Counted from the stretch's first letter, positions 47,384 to 57,508 are shown. The stretch is DNA of 64,000 nucleotides from Candidatus Berkelbacteria bacterium (GCA_026397175.1 JAPLVK010000022.1:5689-69688); one strand, 5' to 3'. Program-made: numbers and translations. The notes: generated by a model from the letters alone, not told the origin.

Positions 47384-48290
47384 TTGTTTTTCCGGTTAAC
47401 TCTATAAATACATCCTCTAGCGTGGCTCGACCAACCGTTAATAGTTCCGGATTGAATTTTTGAACAAGATTCACGACCGTATTTAGATCTTTTTGATTTT
47501 TAAGGCGCAAGTCGAACTGATTTTCTTTGCCAAAAGTGTTCTGAACCCTGGCGCAACACTTAACAATTTTAGCAAATATTTTTTTATCAATCTTGCTGGC
47601 CACAAAATTAACCGAAAACGGTTCTTTTACATTCTCTATTAATTTATGCGTTTCTCCCATCGCCAAAATTTTTCCTTTGTCCATAATCGCAATTCGATCA
47701 CATAGTAACTCCGCCTCTTCCATATAATGCGTAGTCAGAACAACTGTTTTGCCTTTGCTTTTAATCTGCGATACAAGACCCCAAAGATTTCTTCGTGCAA
47801 TCGGGTCAAGTCCGGTTGTCGGTTCGTCCAAAAATACAATTTCGGGATCATTAACTAAACTCGCGACAATCGAAAACCTCTGCCGTTGACCCCCGGAAAG
47901 CTTGCCTACAAACTGTTTTTTCTTTTCGGAAAGATCGACCATATTTAACAAATCGTCGGGATTGACCGATTTTTTGTAAAAAGAGCAAAAAAGATTTAAT
48001 ATTTCACTTAATGTTAGAAAATGAAAATAGGCAGACGACTGGAGCTGTACGCCAATTTTTTCTTTAATCGCGTTTACACTTTTTTCAACATGATGACCCA
48101 AGACCACGATACTGCCAGATGTGCCCTTCCTTAAGCCCTCGATAATCTCAAGTGTTGTGGTTTTGCCCGCACCGTTTTCGCCTAAAAGCCCGAAAACCTC
48201 GCCCTTTTTTACTTCAAATGAAATATCATTGACAGCATTAAGTGTCCCGTATTTTTTGACTAAGTTTTTGACTTCAATGACATTTTTCAT
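47373..48290 (-). CDS. ABC transporter ATP-binding protein
   Basis: Walker A GLLGENGAGKTTT, signature LSGGQRQR, Walker B VFLDEPT. Confidence 0.85.
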   Translation of the reverse strand: MKNVIEVKNLVKKYGTLNAVNDISFEVKKGEVFGLLGENGAGKTTTLEIIEGLRKGTSGSIVVLGHHVEKSVNAIKEKIGVQLQSSAYFHFLTLSEILNLFCSFYKKSVNPDDLLNMVDLSEKKKQFVGKLSGGQRQRFSIVASLVNDPEIVFLDEPTTGLDPIARRNLWGLVSQIKSKGKTVVLTTHYMEEAELLCDRIAIMDKGKILAMGETHKLIENVKEPFSVNFVASKIDKKIFAKIVKCCARVQNTFGKENQFDLRLKNQKDLNTVVNLVQKFNPELLTVGRATLEDVFIELTGKTIAE

Positions 48291-48365
48291 AACTTAAATT
48301 AGTATACCAGATTTATTATTATTTTCAATGATTTACATAGTATAAAATAAGTTTATCATTATAAT

Positions 48366-49418
48366 ATGGGTGATTTTTCAACTTATTTATCATTATTTTT
48401 ATTCCTGTTTGCGGGATTGATTATTTGGATTGCCGGAATTGAACTCGCCAAGACAACAGACACGCTTGATTCCCGGTTTAAACTCGGGGACGCACTGGGT
48501 GGATTAATACTGTTGGGAATCGCGACGACTTTGCCAGAGATTGCAATTTTAATTGCGGCATCTTTATCGGGACAATACACAATTATATTGGGAAATTTAA
48601 TCGGCGGAATTTCTGTTCAGACCCTGGCCATTGTTATTTTTGATTTCACGCTCAAAGGGAAAAGACCGCTTTCGTATTTGGCCGGTTCTAAAATTCTTTG
48701 TTTTGAGGCGATTTTTGTCATCTTTATGACACTCGTGAGTATATTTGGAATGCGCTTGCCGAGAAATTTGAATTTTCACTATTTTAGTCCAATATCAGTA
48801 ATCTTAATTGTTGCCTGGGTTGGCGGACTTTACCTTCTGAACCGCGCCAGAAAACGCTCCGAGTTATATCAAGCGGAAAAAGATGCGCAGCCGGGAAGAA
48901 TGCACCACGAAAGACGCTCACAAGAAAATCATGTTTTTTATGCCAAGAAAAAAACGAGCTATGTAATTTGGATTTTTGCGCTTGCGTCGCTTGCGACACT
49001 GATTGCCGGTGTTATGTTAGAAAAAACCGGCTCATCGGTTGCGAATCATTTTGGAATCGGAGCGGGGTTATTTGCCGGAACCATCATGGCGCTCGTTACG
49101 GCTTTGCCGGAAATCAGCACGGGAATTGAATCAATTTTAATCAAAGATAACCAACTGGCGATTTCTGATATTTTCGGCGGAAACTCTTTAATGCCGGCTC
49201 TTTTTATAGTTGCCGATCTTATATCAAAAAAACCAATTTTGCCAATATCGCAAAAATCAGATATTGTTTTTGCAGTTCTTGGCGTAGCGCTAACTTTGGT
49301 TTATGCAATTTCTCTAGTCGTTAAACCCAAAAAACGATATTTCCGCCTCGGCGCCGACTCGATCGTCGTAATTATAATTTACGCCATAGGGCTATTTGTT
49401 TTGAGCAGGATCGGCTAA
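48366..49418 (+). CDS. CaCA-family sodium/calcium exchanger-like membrane protein
   Basis: Two alpha-repeat regions, GDALGGLILLGIATTLPEIAI and GLFAGTIMALVTALPEISTGI. Confidence 0.7.
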   Translation: MGDFSTYLSLFLFLFAGLIIWIAGIELAKTTDTLDSRFKLGDALGGLILLGIATTLPEIAILIAASLSGQYTIILGNLIGGISVQTLAIVIFDFTLKGKRPLSYLAGSKILCFEAIFVIFMTLVSIFGMRLPRNLNFHYFSPISVILIVAWVGGLYLLNRARKRSELYQAEKDAQPGRMHHERRSQENHVFYAKKKTSYVIWIFALASLATLIAGVMLEKTGSSVANHFGIGAGLFAGTIMALVTALPEISTGIESILIKDNQLAISDIFGGNSLMPALFIVADLISKKPILPISQKSDIVFAVLGVALTLVYAISLVVKPKKRYFRLGADSIVVIIIYAIGLFVLSRIG

Positions 49419-49488
49419 AAGTTGATCACCACTATGACACCTCGTAGGTGTCATTTAAGAGGTCGGGTTTTTATTTGTGCCAATTTTA

Positions 49489-51435
49489 TCAAATGCCCAG
49501 ATCATATTCGTCATTTTCCCAGTACATTATTACGCCATAATTACCGCTCTCGGGATCATCTTCCATGTAATTTTCTTTTATTCGCGCAATTTTAAGTCCT
49601 CGTCCGGTGTAGAATCTGATGTCGGGATCGGCCAAATTATCCCCATCTTTTTGATTTACAAATTGCTCTATTGTCAGGCTCGGGTTATCATCTTTGGCTT
49701 TTTTGAAACCAGGTACCCTCGATCCGAGAAACAGATATTTCAAGTTCTTCTGTTTTACCAATTCTTTCTGTGCTTCGATTAAGGCTACCCCTATTCTGTT
49801 ACCTTTATATTGCGCTCTAACGCCTAGCGATACAACATAAAGTGAGTTGCCGTCTTTGTTATGTCCGCCCGTAATAGTTCCGTCCTCTGAATGTACAGGA
49901 CTAATGAACCCGTTATTCGTAATTTTCTCCCAGGATTCTACATCATCTGTTGGCTCAAAATTTGAAATTTCGGAAGTGCTGACTCCTGCAATAATTCCGA
50001 ACTCATAACCCAAAAAGAATCCTTCAGGAAAAACTTTCATTCGAGATTCAAATTTTTCTCTTGGCGCTCGAACTTCTTCGGGCCATGCCTCCTCCTCTGT
50101 TCGCATGACGCCTTCGAGTTGTTCGTTCGTTATAACCTCGTCTTTTGTGTTGATTGTTTCAATGCAAATTTGCTTCAGCTGCTGTAGCCAGTCTTTATAA
50201 CAATGACACTCCTTGTTTGTTGGGTCATTTTCCCAGCTTAAAAGCTCGTTATAGTCTCGCAAGAATGATTGCTGGTCCATATCGTGATTAAAGCTACTTA
50301 AAATTTCAATAACTTTTTCATTGCAATATTTACTGCCGGTGTCTGGATTCCCCCCTGTTACAATTGAGATTCCCTCTCCGCTCAAACCGACATGTAGACC
50401 CAAATAATCAAATACATTACTCTCGCCGTCTAAGATTCTGCCACAGAGTTGTTTGATCGTTTCTGCAATACTCCAGTACATCGGTGCTTTGTAGCTTCTG
50501 AACATATGAAGCAGTGAGTCTCTATATGTTCTCGTTGGTCCGAGAGAAACATGAGGTTTTAATTCGGGTTTCAAGTTAAGATCTTTTGATATTTGGGCTA
50601 CTTGTACCGCTGATTCAATAGCCGATTTTATCGCGAAGTTTTCGCTCATTAGTCCTGGCTTAAGCAGGATGTAGAAAAATGATCTGACATTTCTTTTGGC
50701 AAGATCATCTATTATTCCGCGCAGAGCCTCTTCGCTTATGCTTTTTCTTAATTGTTCTCCAATAATCTGGTCGGTGGTTTCAAGTCCGAAGGCAATCTCG
50801 AGTCGTCTTGTACCGCCATCGCTATTTAGCCACGCAAGAACTTCATCGACCTTATCTTGCGATTGAACAATGTCAGCAAATTTTGCTTCGACAGTCAGGA
50901 CAATATTTTTGGGTGAATTTTCTCTCACAACATCAATTATTCTTTTCCTTCCGTCAGCAGAAATCTCTTCGTCGCTAAAAAATGAGCCCGAGTTAAAAAT
51001 TTCGATAATATCAATATGCTCACTCTCGAATTGAAATGAGGGACGCACTGTATTCATAGCATCTACCATCTGCTGCTCATACTGTTCTGGTGTAACGGGG
51101 TTTCCTCCAGTTGAGTAATTTTCGCTAAATACGCAAAATGCACAATTTGGGTATTCGTTAGATTCTGCGTGTGAACGACGCTTGGAACAACCGGGTGATT
51201 TTAATAAAATCGATGCTCGTCTGGCGGGTTGTCCATCGAGTGTTGTTAGGCCCCCAGTGTCAACGAAAAATGGTTTCGACACCTCTCGGGCATACATTTC
51301 AGGATTTTCTCTCGCATCTCTGGCAAGTTTAGCCGCGTCGCCCTTGTGTTCATAAACCTGCGCTATCTTTTCAGGAGCCCGAAAATCGATCCCTACATCT
51401 CCATACTCATTTTGACTTTCGACATCTGAACCCAT
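49489..51435 (-). CDS. Elp3-like radical-SAM plus GNAT (KAT) domain protein
   Basis: C-x14-C-x2-C (CSKRR...PNCAFCVF) then NYSTGGNP. IEIFNSGSFFSDEEI parallels the Elp3 'IELIIMGGTFPARDIE' motif, and ...FFYILLKPGLMSE parallels 'HLMPGMPG'. The C-terminus YKGNRIGVALIEAQK...FYTGRGLKIARIKENYMED is a GNAT motif A like the Elp3 KAT tail. Confidence 0.5.
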   Translation of the reverse strand: MGSDVESQNEYGDVGIDFRAPEKIAQVYEHKGDAAKLARDARENPEMYAREVSKPFFVDTGGLTTLDGQPARRASILLKSPGCSKRRSHAESNEYPNCAFCVFSENYSTGGNPVTPEQYEQQMVDAMNTVRPSFQFESEHIDIIEIFNSGSFFSDEEISADGRKRIIDVVRENSPKNIVLTVEAKFADIVQSQDKVDEVLAWLNSDGGTRRLEIAFGLETTDQIIGEQLRKSISEEALRGIIDDLAKRNVRSFFYILLKPGLMSENFAIKSAIESAVQVAQISKDLNLKPELKPHVSLGPTRTYRDSLLHMFRSYKAPMYWSIAETIKQLCGRILDGESNVFDYLGLHVGLSGEGISIVTGGNPDTGSKYCNEKVIEILSSFNHDMDQQSFLRDYNELLSWENDPTNKECHCYKDWLQQLKQICIETINTKDEVITNEQLEGVMRTEEEAWPEEVRAPREKFESRMKVFPEGFFLGYEFGIIAGVSTSEISNFEPTDDVESWEKITNNGFISPVHSEDGTITGGHNKDGNSLYVVSLGVRAQYKGNRIGVALIEAQKELVKQKNLKYLFLGSRVPGFKKAKDDNPSLTIEQFVNQKDGDNLADPDIRFYTGRGLKIARIKENYMEDDPESGNYGVIMYWENDEYDLGI

Positions 51436-51447
51436 TTTTCTGCTCCG

Positions 51448-52290
51448 TTATCTTTCCTTAATCATTTGTTTACCTCTAATCCTTGGCGAAAAGTTTTTGC
51501 CGGTAACTACGCTTTTCCCAGTTTTGTTTTCGAGGGCTTTTCTTGCGTCTTTCGCAATTTTACCACCTTTTTTGGCTGGAATCTTATTTTCTTCCAATCC
51601 TTTTGTTTTGTCTGTCTCGGCGATTCGTCTTGTTGAAAGTTCGGCAAGCGCGGTGAAGATCAATTCTTCTTCGCTCATATGATCTCGCAGATTTTGCGTT
51701 TTTAAGCCCTTCAAATTCTTGTGATCTTTGACGGATAAATCGCTCCATTCTTTGTGAATAATATTCGTCAATATTGCAAATTCTTCGCCCTCTTTTACTT
51801 CGTGATCAGCCCAATAATCAGTCAATTTGTTTCTGGTCTCATGCCCAGTCATCCGTTGCTGAATCCACTTTTGGCTTCGGCCCATTTTCTGCCAATAACT
51901 CCTTGATCTATCTAGTGCTTTTTCCGGATCTGCCATTTCTTGTATTCTCTCGTAACCAGTTTTCGCTAGCCACAATTTAAATGGCTCGGCTTTTTTACTC
52001 GGGACTGACTGAATGATTCTAAATATTTGTTCTGTACTGCCTGCCAAAGTTTTTCTTTTTTTCCCTGTCTCTGTGACCATTTCTACCTGGGGACAATTTG
52101 TCCCTATGTAATGCCCGACCTCGAAGTCCCTTTTGCGAAGCTTTTTGAGATAGTCGGTTGGATTTATACTATCGGTAAGTGCTGCGATAATATCAATTAC
52201 CGAAAAATACCATGTTTCGGTTTTTTCGTCATAATACCGACGAATTTTGAAGCTTTCGAAAATAGCTAATGAATTTTGTTTAATTTTCAT
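51448..52290 (-). CDS. DinD-like (DNA-damage-inducible protein D family) protein
   Basis: ...HETRNKLTDYWADHEV...NLRDHMSEEELIFTALAE resembles the E. coli DinD conserved core. Confidence 0.6.
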   Translation of the reverse strand: MKIKQNSLAIFESFKIRRYYDEKTETWYFSVIDIIAALTDSINPTDYLKKLRKRDFEVGHYIGTNCPQVEMVTETGKKRKTLAGSTEQIFRIIQSVPSKKAEPFKLWLAKTGYERIQEMADPEKALDRSRSYWQKMGRSQKWIQQRMTGHETRNKLTDYWADHEVKEGEEFAILTNIIHKEWSDLSVKDHKNLKGLKTQNLRDHMSEEELIFTALAELSTRRIAETDKTKGLEENKIPAKKGGKIAKDARKALENKTGKSVVTGKNFSPRIRGKQMIKER

Positions 52291-52294
52291 ATTT

Positions 52295-53245
52295 TCAATT
52301 CTTCAATTTTTTTAAATTAAATTTTGTGATTTCTTTGCGCACGATTTTTTCCATTTCTTTGTGTGATATTTTACCTTTACTCGATAATATTTCCAATTTA
52401 TTTGCCTTAAGCATATTGTCAAGATAAGAATCCCAGTCCTTCATATACATAACATTTTGGCGCTCAATCTGAAATTCAGCATAAGAAAGAAATTGCTCAA
52501 CCAGTAAATAAAGTTGGCGAAGCTCTGTTTCAAGCATATAATTTTTGGCGATCTCTGCTTCTTGTCTCGTTACGGAAACTTTTTTGTAATTGGTCATACC
52601 AAGATTTTCTTTTCTGCTGTCAATCCGATTAACAACTAATTCGGCGGCAGTTTTGCCTGTTATGGCATGGTGAAATTTATTCTGCATAGCAGCATAAAAC
52701 TTTTTTGTATAATCGGCTTTAGTATCATAGTCCGCACTGGTTGAAAAAATATCTTTGACTTTTTCGTATAAATTTCTTTCCGAAGCGCGAATCTTTCGGA
52801 CGCGCTCCAGCATCTCACCAAAATATCCTCGTTTGTAGCCGCCGTTTGCTAGCCGCTCATCGTCCATAACAAATCCTTTGACAATATATTCTCGCAGGGT
52901 CTTTGTCGCCCAAATACGGAATTGCGTACCCCGAAAAGATTTTACCCGATAGCCAACGGAAATAATTACATCGAGATTATATTGCTCGATTTCACGAATT
53001 ATTTCCCTTGGTCCCTCTTTTTGAACTATCCGGAATTTCCGGACAGTTGGAACCCTACTTAGTTCTCCTTCACTAAAAATATTTTTAATGTGTTCGTTTA
53101 CAGTTTTAACATCTTTCTCGAATAGTTCAGCCATCTGTTTCTGGGATAACCAAACTGTCTCGCCGGTCATCCGAACTTCAATTTGAGTTGAACCGTCTTC
53201 AGTTTTATAAATAATGACTTGGTTTTTCTTGCTAGATTCTTTCAT
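52295..53245 (-). CDS. RhuM-family protein
   Basis: VRKFRIVQKEGPREIIREIEQYNLDVIISVGYRVKSFRGTQFRIWATKTLREYIVKGFVMDDERLANGG is a close match to the RhuM signature. Confidence 0.75.
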   Translation of the reverse strand: MKESSKKNQVIIYKTEDGSTQIEVRMTGETVWLSQKQMAELFEKDVKTVNEHIKNIFSEGELSRVPTVRKFRIVQKEGPREIIREIEQYNLDVIISVGYRVKSFRGTQFRIWATKTLREYIVKGFVMDDERLANGGYKRGYFGEMLERVRKIRASERNLYEKVKDIFSTSADYDTKADYTKKFYAAMQNKFHHAITGKTAAELVVNRIDSRKENLGMTNYKKVSVTRQEAEIAKNYMLETELRQLYLLVEQFLSYAEFQIERQNVMYMKDWDSYLDNMLKANKLEILSSKGKISHKEMEKIVRKEITKFNLKKLKN

Positions 53246-53404
53246 TTACACTCTCTCTGCGCGCCATCCGTGATTTTAATGTAAGATGGATGATTTTTAT
53301 TATAAAAATTCCTTATCGCCCGTCTGCAAAAGCTTTGCTTTAGCTAATGCGGGCAGGCTAATTATTAGGGTAAAAGCGTAGCATCCCCCTCCCAAAAACT
53401 GCCA

Positions 53405-53737
53405 TCAAGTTCCCTTTCTTGCTAAATAATTAAATGCATAAAAATAATTTTGCCATGATTTGTCGGTGGATTGATATTGGTTTTCGAAAAACCAATCGGC
53501 TAAAACCTCGCGCATTCGGCAGAGTTCACGCAATTGTTTTTTATTTTTCGGATCGAGCCGTGTTATGTCAATCAGCTCCAAAGCGCGCTCGAAAGCAAGC
53601 TGCGAATATTCTAAATCATTTTTATTTTTCCAGATAATCGTTCGCTCCACTTCACTGCCGATATTGGCCATTTGCTCGGCTAACGATTTAGAAAACCATT
53701 TTTTTTCTGTTAAGTCCTTATGATAAAAAAGATTCAT
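53405..53737 (-). CDS. Hypothetical helical protein (partner of a DUF protein)
   Basis: 110 aa; start overlaps the stop of the upstream gene (ATGA). Confidence 0.35.
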   Translation of the reverse strand: MNLFYHKDLTEKKWFSKSLAEQMANIGSEVERTIIWKNKNDLEYSQLAFERALELIDITRLDPKNKKQLRELCRMREVLADWFFENQYQSTDKSWQNYFYAFNYLARKGT

Positions 53738-54075
53738 TTTTGAACTATTTTGTTAACAACTATAATTATCTTTTCGCGAATTTTTGGATCGTCAACCGAT
53801 CTTGTTCGATTGCCTTGTGAGGGGCGCAAGTTAACCATCGAATCAAATTCGATAAATTCCTCGCCGGTTTTTTCGGGATACAAATTTATTCCCCAAAGAT
53901 TTTGTTGTTTCGAACCATTTTGAAGCAGTAATTCTTCTTCGTCACTATGCATTCCCGCGTCAACAGCCATAACCTCTTTCTCAATATCAACAACCGCCTT
54001 AATCAAAGTGCCAAACATATCCTCGGCCATCTTTTTTAATTCGCTAAGTGATATATTATCTTCAATTATTTTCAT
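53734..54075 (-). CDS. Conserved small protein of unknown function
   Basis: MKIIEDNISLSELKKMAEDMFGTLIKAVVDIEKEVMAVDAGMHSDEEELLLQNGSKQQNLWGINLYPEK... Confidence 0.4.
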   Translation of the reverse strand: MKIIEDNISLSELKKMAEDMFGTLIKAVVDIEKEVMAVDAGMHSDEEELLLQNGSKQQNLWGINLYPEKTGEEFIEFDSMVNLRPSQGNRTRSVDDPKIREKIIIVVNKIVQK

Positions 54076-54189
54076 AAATTAATATTTACCTCACCTTAAG
54101 CTTCCCATAAATCAAGAAAAAAATAAAGTCCAAGCATCGGTTCTAATTTTGCAACTTTAAAAATTCACTCATTTTCCCTTTCTCCCCTG

Positions 54190-54217
54190 CACTTTTGAGA
54201 CGATCGTCTCAAAAGTG
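54190..54217. repeat. 28-bp perfect palindrome (CGATCG-core family), left bracket of the PaaX-like gene
   Basis: cacttttgagacgatcgtctcaaaagtg. Confidence 0.7.
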
Positions 54218-54262
54218 TATGCCTCAAACCTGTATTTACTTGCTAGTTTTTATAATATGAGA

Positions 54263-54841
54263 TTAAAGATCGAATTTATTTTTAAGATATTCTTCACAAT
54301 CAATCTTGGAAAGTTCTCCGTAATTAACAAATTTTTCAACTTCAAAGACCGAACTAATAAAAGATATCTCATCCTCGCACTTATAGGGGCAAACCCAAAC
54401 ACTTTTTTGCAATTTGACAAAACCGATTTCTATCAATTTACTTCTCAAAATATTTCTAGCAAATCGGAGTTTTTCGGGAATATCAAAAAATACTATTCTC
54501 CATTTGCCATCCCATTTATGTTTATTAATCGAAATAGCATCAATGTCATAATCCACTAACCTTACCTTACCTTTTTGTGTAATTTTAATAATTGTTTTGC
54601 CTTTTCGATAGGTAATCTGAACAAATCGGTCCTTAATTATTTTCTCGAGTGATTTATCAACTGCTTCATCGCCGTGTTTCTTGCGCAGCTTGTTCAGTTT
54701 GGGAATAAATTTTGAAAGCCCATAAGGAGAAGTCAAGGCAACACCGATTACCAAACCAATCAGCACCACTTCCAATACCAATTTTGCTACCTCAACGAAA
54801 ACTTCTTTTTCATATTTGGTAAGCCGAACCTTTGAACTCAT
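54263..54841 (-). CDS. PaaX-C/Cas2-fold domain protein with N-terminal transmembrane helix
   Basis: WDGKWRIVFFDIPEKLRFARNILRSKLIEIGFVKLQKSVWVCPY resembles the PaaX C-terminal (Cas2/VapD-like) domain. ATG at Met-13 of the ORF-track ORF; the track's GTG start would sit inside the palindrome. Confidence 0.5.
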   Translation of the reverse strand: MSSKVRLTKYEKEVFVEVAKLVLEVVLIGLVIGVALTSPYGLSKFIPKLNKLRKKHGDEAVDKSLEKIIKDRFVQITYRKGKTIIKITQKGKVRLVDYDIDAISINKHKWDGKWRIVFFDIPEKLRFARNILRSKLIEIGFVKLQKSVWVCPYKCEDEISFISSVFEVEKFVNYGELSKIDCEEYLKNKFDL

Positions 54842-54872
54842 ATACTTAACATTATCACTAATTTGAATCCTC

Positions 54873-54906
54873 TGCACTTTTGAGACGATCGTCTCAAAAG
54901 TGCAGG
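54873..54906. repeat. 34-bp perfect palindrome (extends to about 40 bp imperfect), right bracket of the PaaX-like gene
   Basis: ctgcacttttgagacgatcgtctcaaaagtgcag. Confidence 0.7.
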
Positions 54907-55232
54907 CAGAGGGTGTATCTTTATTACGCTGAATCTCGGAAAAATAAATTTAGAGAACTGATTTTTGATAACCCCGAGCCAAAGGATTCCCCTTGGGGAA
55001 GAGGACCCTTGGGGCATTTTTATGGTTCGCTCCGCCGGCTGGCGGATTTAGGATGAAAAAAAATTTATCCTATGATTCGTTGATAATATTTTTCGCCCAT
55101 TCGACTCGCTTCGCTCGTTCAGGATGAAAGTTGTCTTTATAATACCGATTTCTGGTAGCAACTTTCGCCCTTCGACAAGCTCCCTCCTTCGCTAAAGCTA
55201 CGGAAGGGCAAGCAGAGTGAATCTTGCTCGTG

Positions 55233-56954
55233 TTATATCACTTCTTTTTGGTAGCAAGATTCACAGTAAACTTTTTCCGGTCTTTCGGGTGCATAGGTGG
55301 TTTCGAATTCGTTGGGGCAGTGGCCAGAATGATCGTGGCCAGGCAGATCGCACATGCATTGGCGGTGATACAAAACCCGCGGATTGCGCAGTTTAAATAA
55401 TTCTTTGTATCTCACCTCGGAATGTTTAGTTGGCACGGGAATTCTCTGTCTTATATAAAACGCCAACTCTTGCGGCATGATTTTGAACGGTTTTCCCGAC
55501 TTTTCACATTTCAAAACTCCCGCCAGCAATTTTTTAACTTCTTCGTCTGAATTTATGTAATCATCAATTGAATCTTTTGGCTCGTAGGCTTCGCCTTTAT
55601 AATCAGGATTGTATTCTTTGTCCTGCCACTTGCCGCCAATTTTCTCGGCTTCTGCCTTGGTTTTGGGATGATAAATATTAGCCATTGTTTCGTTGTAACC
55701 AAACAAAGACATTTTCATCGGGCAAAACTCTCCCCACTCGCCGTCTTTTTGCATTCGCTCAATTATTTTTGGCACCAATTTATCATATTCTTCCTTGGTA
55801 TACTGTTTATTCAAAATACAATGCTGCTTGTGATTAATCCCGATACAGCCAAAACAATTTGAGCAGTAATCAATAAAGTTACAATACAAATTACTGTCTC
55901 CGTAGGCGGTCCAGACACTAAAACGGTTTTTGTAACCAGCGTTGCTTGTCCCGTCGTAACAGAGTTCCGCTTCGGTAATATAATCGAGGTCGCGGCAATC
56001 CTTGCTATCAGCATCAATATTGGTGATCCTGACACAATTTTGGCTTTTATAGGCGTTAAAACACTTTTTGCAGTCTTTACATTCAATTAAATAATCACCT
56101 GTGCAGTTTTCTGTTTTGACATTGTTGTTTTCTTTGTGAATCGCCTTGAGCATGCCTTCGCCGGATCTCTTTTTGTATTCTTCGACCACCGATCTTCTGC
56201 CAAAATCAATTTCCTTTAATTTCTTTTTGTATTCTTCTTCGGAGTACTCTTTGTTTTCAATGCAATATTGCTTATTGTGTAAACCCGCACAAAGCAAAAC
56301 ATTGTTGCACCCTCGGCAGTCGTAAGAAAAATAAGATTCGGAGCAATTCTCACAATGCTCTAAATACATTGAATTATGGCAATGATCGCAGTCAAAACAA
56401 TGGTAGCAATATTCACAATTTCTAATATCAAAACAATCAATGCAGTCCTTAGTATAAAAAGTTTCGGTGCAGTAATAGCATCTTTCCGCATAGCCAGCAT
56501 TAAAACAAAGATACGAATCCTTCGTCTGCCAAGTTTGATTGCAAAAATTACTGTTCTCAACGATGGTAGTATTGTTGGCCTGACGCGGAACGGCTAGTAA
56601 AAGTTCATTAAACTGCTCAAAAAATGACTGGTTGAAATCGAATTCACGGCCGAAGCTCATTGGATCCCAGTCGTCGGATCTCCAGACAGAATTTTTATAA
56701 ACCTTGTAGGGCTTGTCCGGAGAATAAACCGAGACAATTTCCTCGCCTGTTTTATCACATTTTCTTTTATAAAGTGAGCGCTCGTTTCTCCAGCAGAGTC
56801 GCCTGATTTGTCGGCAGGTGTAGCAAAGTTTTGGGGCATCAATTTTATAAACCCGCCCATTCAAAACCGGACTAATTTTTTCCAGAAACGCCAAATCATC
56901 ATCGCTAACGACAAATTCTTGTCCACATTGTTTGCAAGTTTTATTTTCTGCCAT
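55233..56954 (-). CDS. Cys-rich repeat protein with duplicated terminal zinc-ribbon-like domains
   Basis: N-terminus CKQCGQEF...ELAFLEKISP...CYTCRQIRRLCWRNERSLYKRKCDKTG...VY. The C-terminus repeats this pattern (KCEKSGKPFKI...ELAFYIRQRIPVP...CESCY). The middle has more than 12 C-x2-C units about 12-13 aa apart. Confidence 0.45.
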   Translation of the reverse strand: MAENKTCKQCGQEFVVSDDDLAFLEKISPVLNGRVYKIDAPKLCYTCRQIRRLCWRNERSLYKRKCDKTGEEIVSVYSPDKPYKVYKNSVWRSDDWDPMSFGREFDFNQSFFEQFNELLLAVPRQANNTTIVENSNFCNQTWQTKDSYLCFNAGYAERCYYCTETFYTKDCIDCFDIRNCEYCYHCFDCDHCHNSMYLEHCENCSESYFSYDCRGCNNVLLCAGLHNKQYCIENKEYSEEEYKKKLKEIDFGRRSVVEEYKKRSGEGMLKAIHKENNNVKTENCTGDYLIECKDCKKCFNAYKSQNCVRITNIDADSKDCRDLDYITEAELCYDGTSNAGYKNRFSVWTAYGDSNLYCNFIDYCSNCFGCIGINHKQHCILNKQYTKEEYDKLVPKIIERMQKDGEWGEFCPMKMSLFGYNETMANIYHPKTKAEAEKIGGKWQDKEYNPDYKGEAYEPKDSIDDYINSDEEVKKLLAGVLKCEKSGKPFKIMPQELAFYIRQRIPVPTKHSEVRYKELFKLRNPRVLYHRQCMCDLPGHDHSGHCPNEFETTYAPERPEKVYCESCYQKEVI

Positions 56955-57508
56955 TATATTCTTTTATACTCTTTTTCTAATCCAAGTTTTTTTACCCATT
57001 CGTTTATATAATCGTTATCCACTTTCGAAATCTCTAAAATTGATTTAATATCATCCGCGTGTCGGCTGGAATTGTCTTTTTGCATCCACTGAAGTTTGGA
57101 AATTATTAAATCCTCCGGGGAAATAAATCTAACTTCGCGGCCAATATCTTTTTTAATTGATCTTCTTAGTCGCAGTTTATCATAATCTTTGTTATAGACA
57201 ATCCAAAAATCAATTTTCATTCCGATATTTGGTTCTATAATATTGAACTCACCATTATTTTTTAGAGCATCTCTCATTTGAAGAGGATCTATATACGCAT
57301 CTGGAAATTCACTTTTTAATTTGCCGGCGAGCTGATCGATATTTTTTTCTTCGAGATGAATAACTAAATCAATATCTGCTGTAAACCGAGGTTTTCCCCA
57401 AACAGATACTGCAAAACCTCCGCTAACAAAAAAATCGATTCTTAAATTATTTAAGATTTCTGCGATTTTATTTAAGAGGTCTGTTGGGGTTTTGGGTTGT
57501 TTTTGCAT
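56954..57508 (-). CDS. Minimal nucleotidyltransferase (Pol-beta-like NTase fold) protein
   Basis: GGFAVSVWGKPRFTADIDLVIH matches the hG[GS]x9-13Dh[DE]h motif. Its stop overlaps the next ATG as TAATG. Confidence 0.6.
   Translation of the reverse strand: MQKQPKTPTDLLNKIAEILNNLRIDFFVSGGFAVSVWGKPRFTADIDLVIHLEEKNIDQLAGKLKSEFPDAYIDPLQMRDALKNNGEFNIIEPNIGMKIDFWIVYNKDYDKLRLRRSIKKDIGREVRFISPEDLIISKLQWMQKDNSSRHADDIKSILEISKVDNDYINEWVKKLGLEKEYKRI

Noticed and set aside
54190-54906. CRISPR-Cas interpretation of Cas2-fold protein plus repeats
   Set aside because: Only two repeat copies, in inverted orientation and themselves palindromic, with no spacer array and no cas1 or other cas genes. The domain fits PaaX-C equally well.
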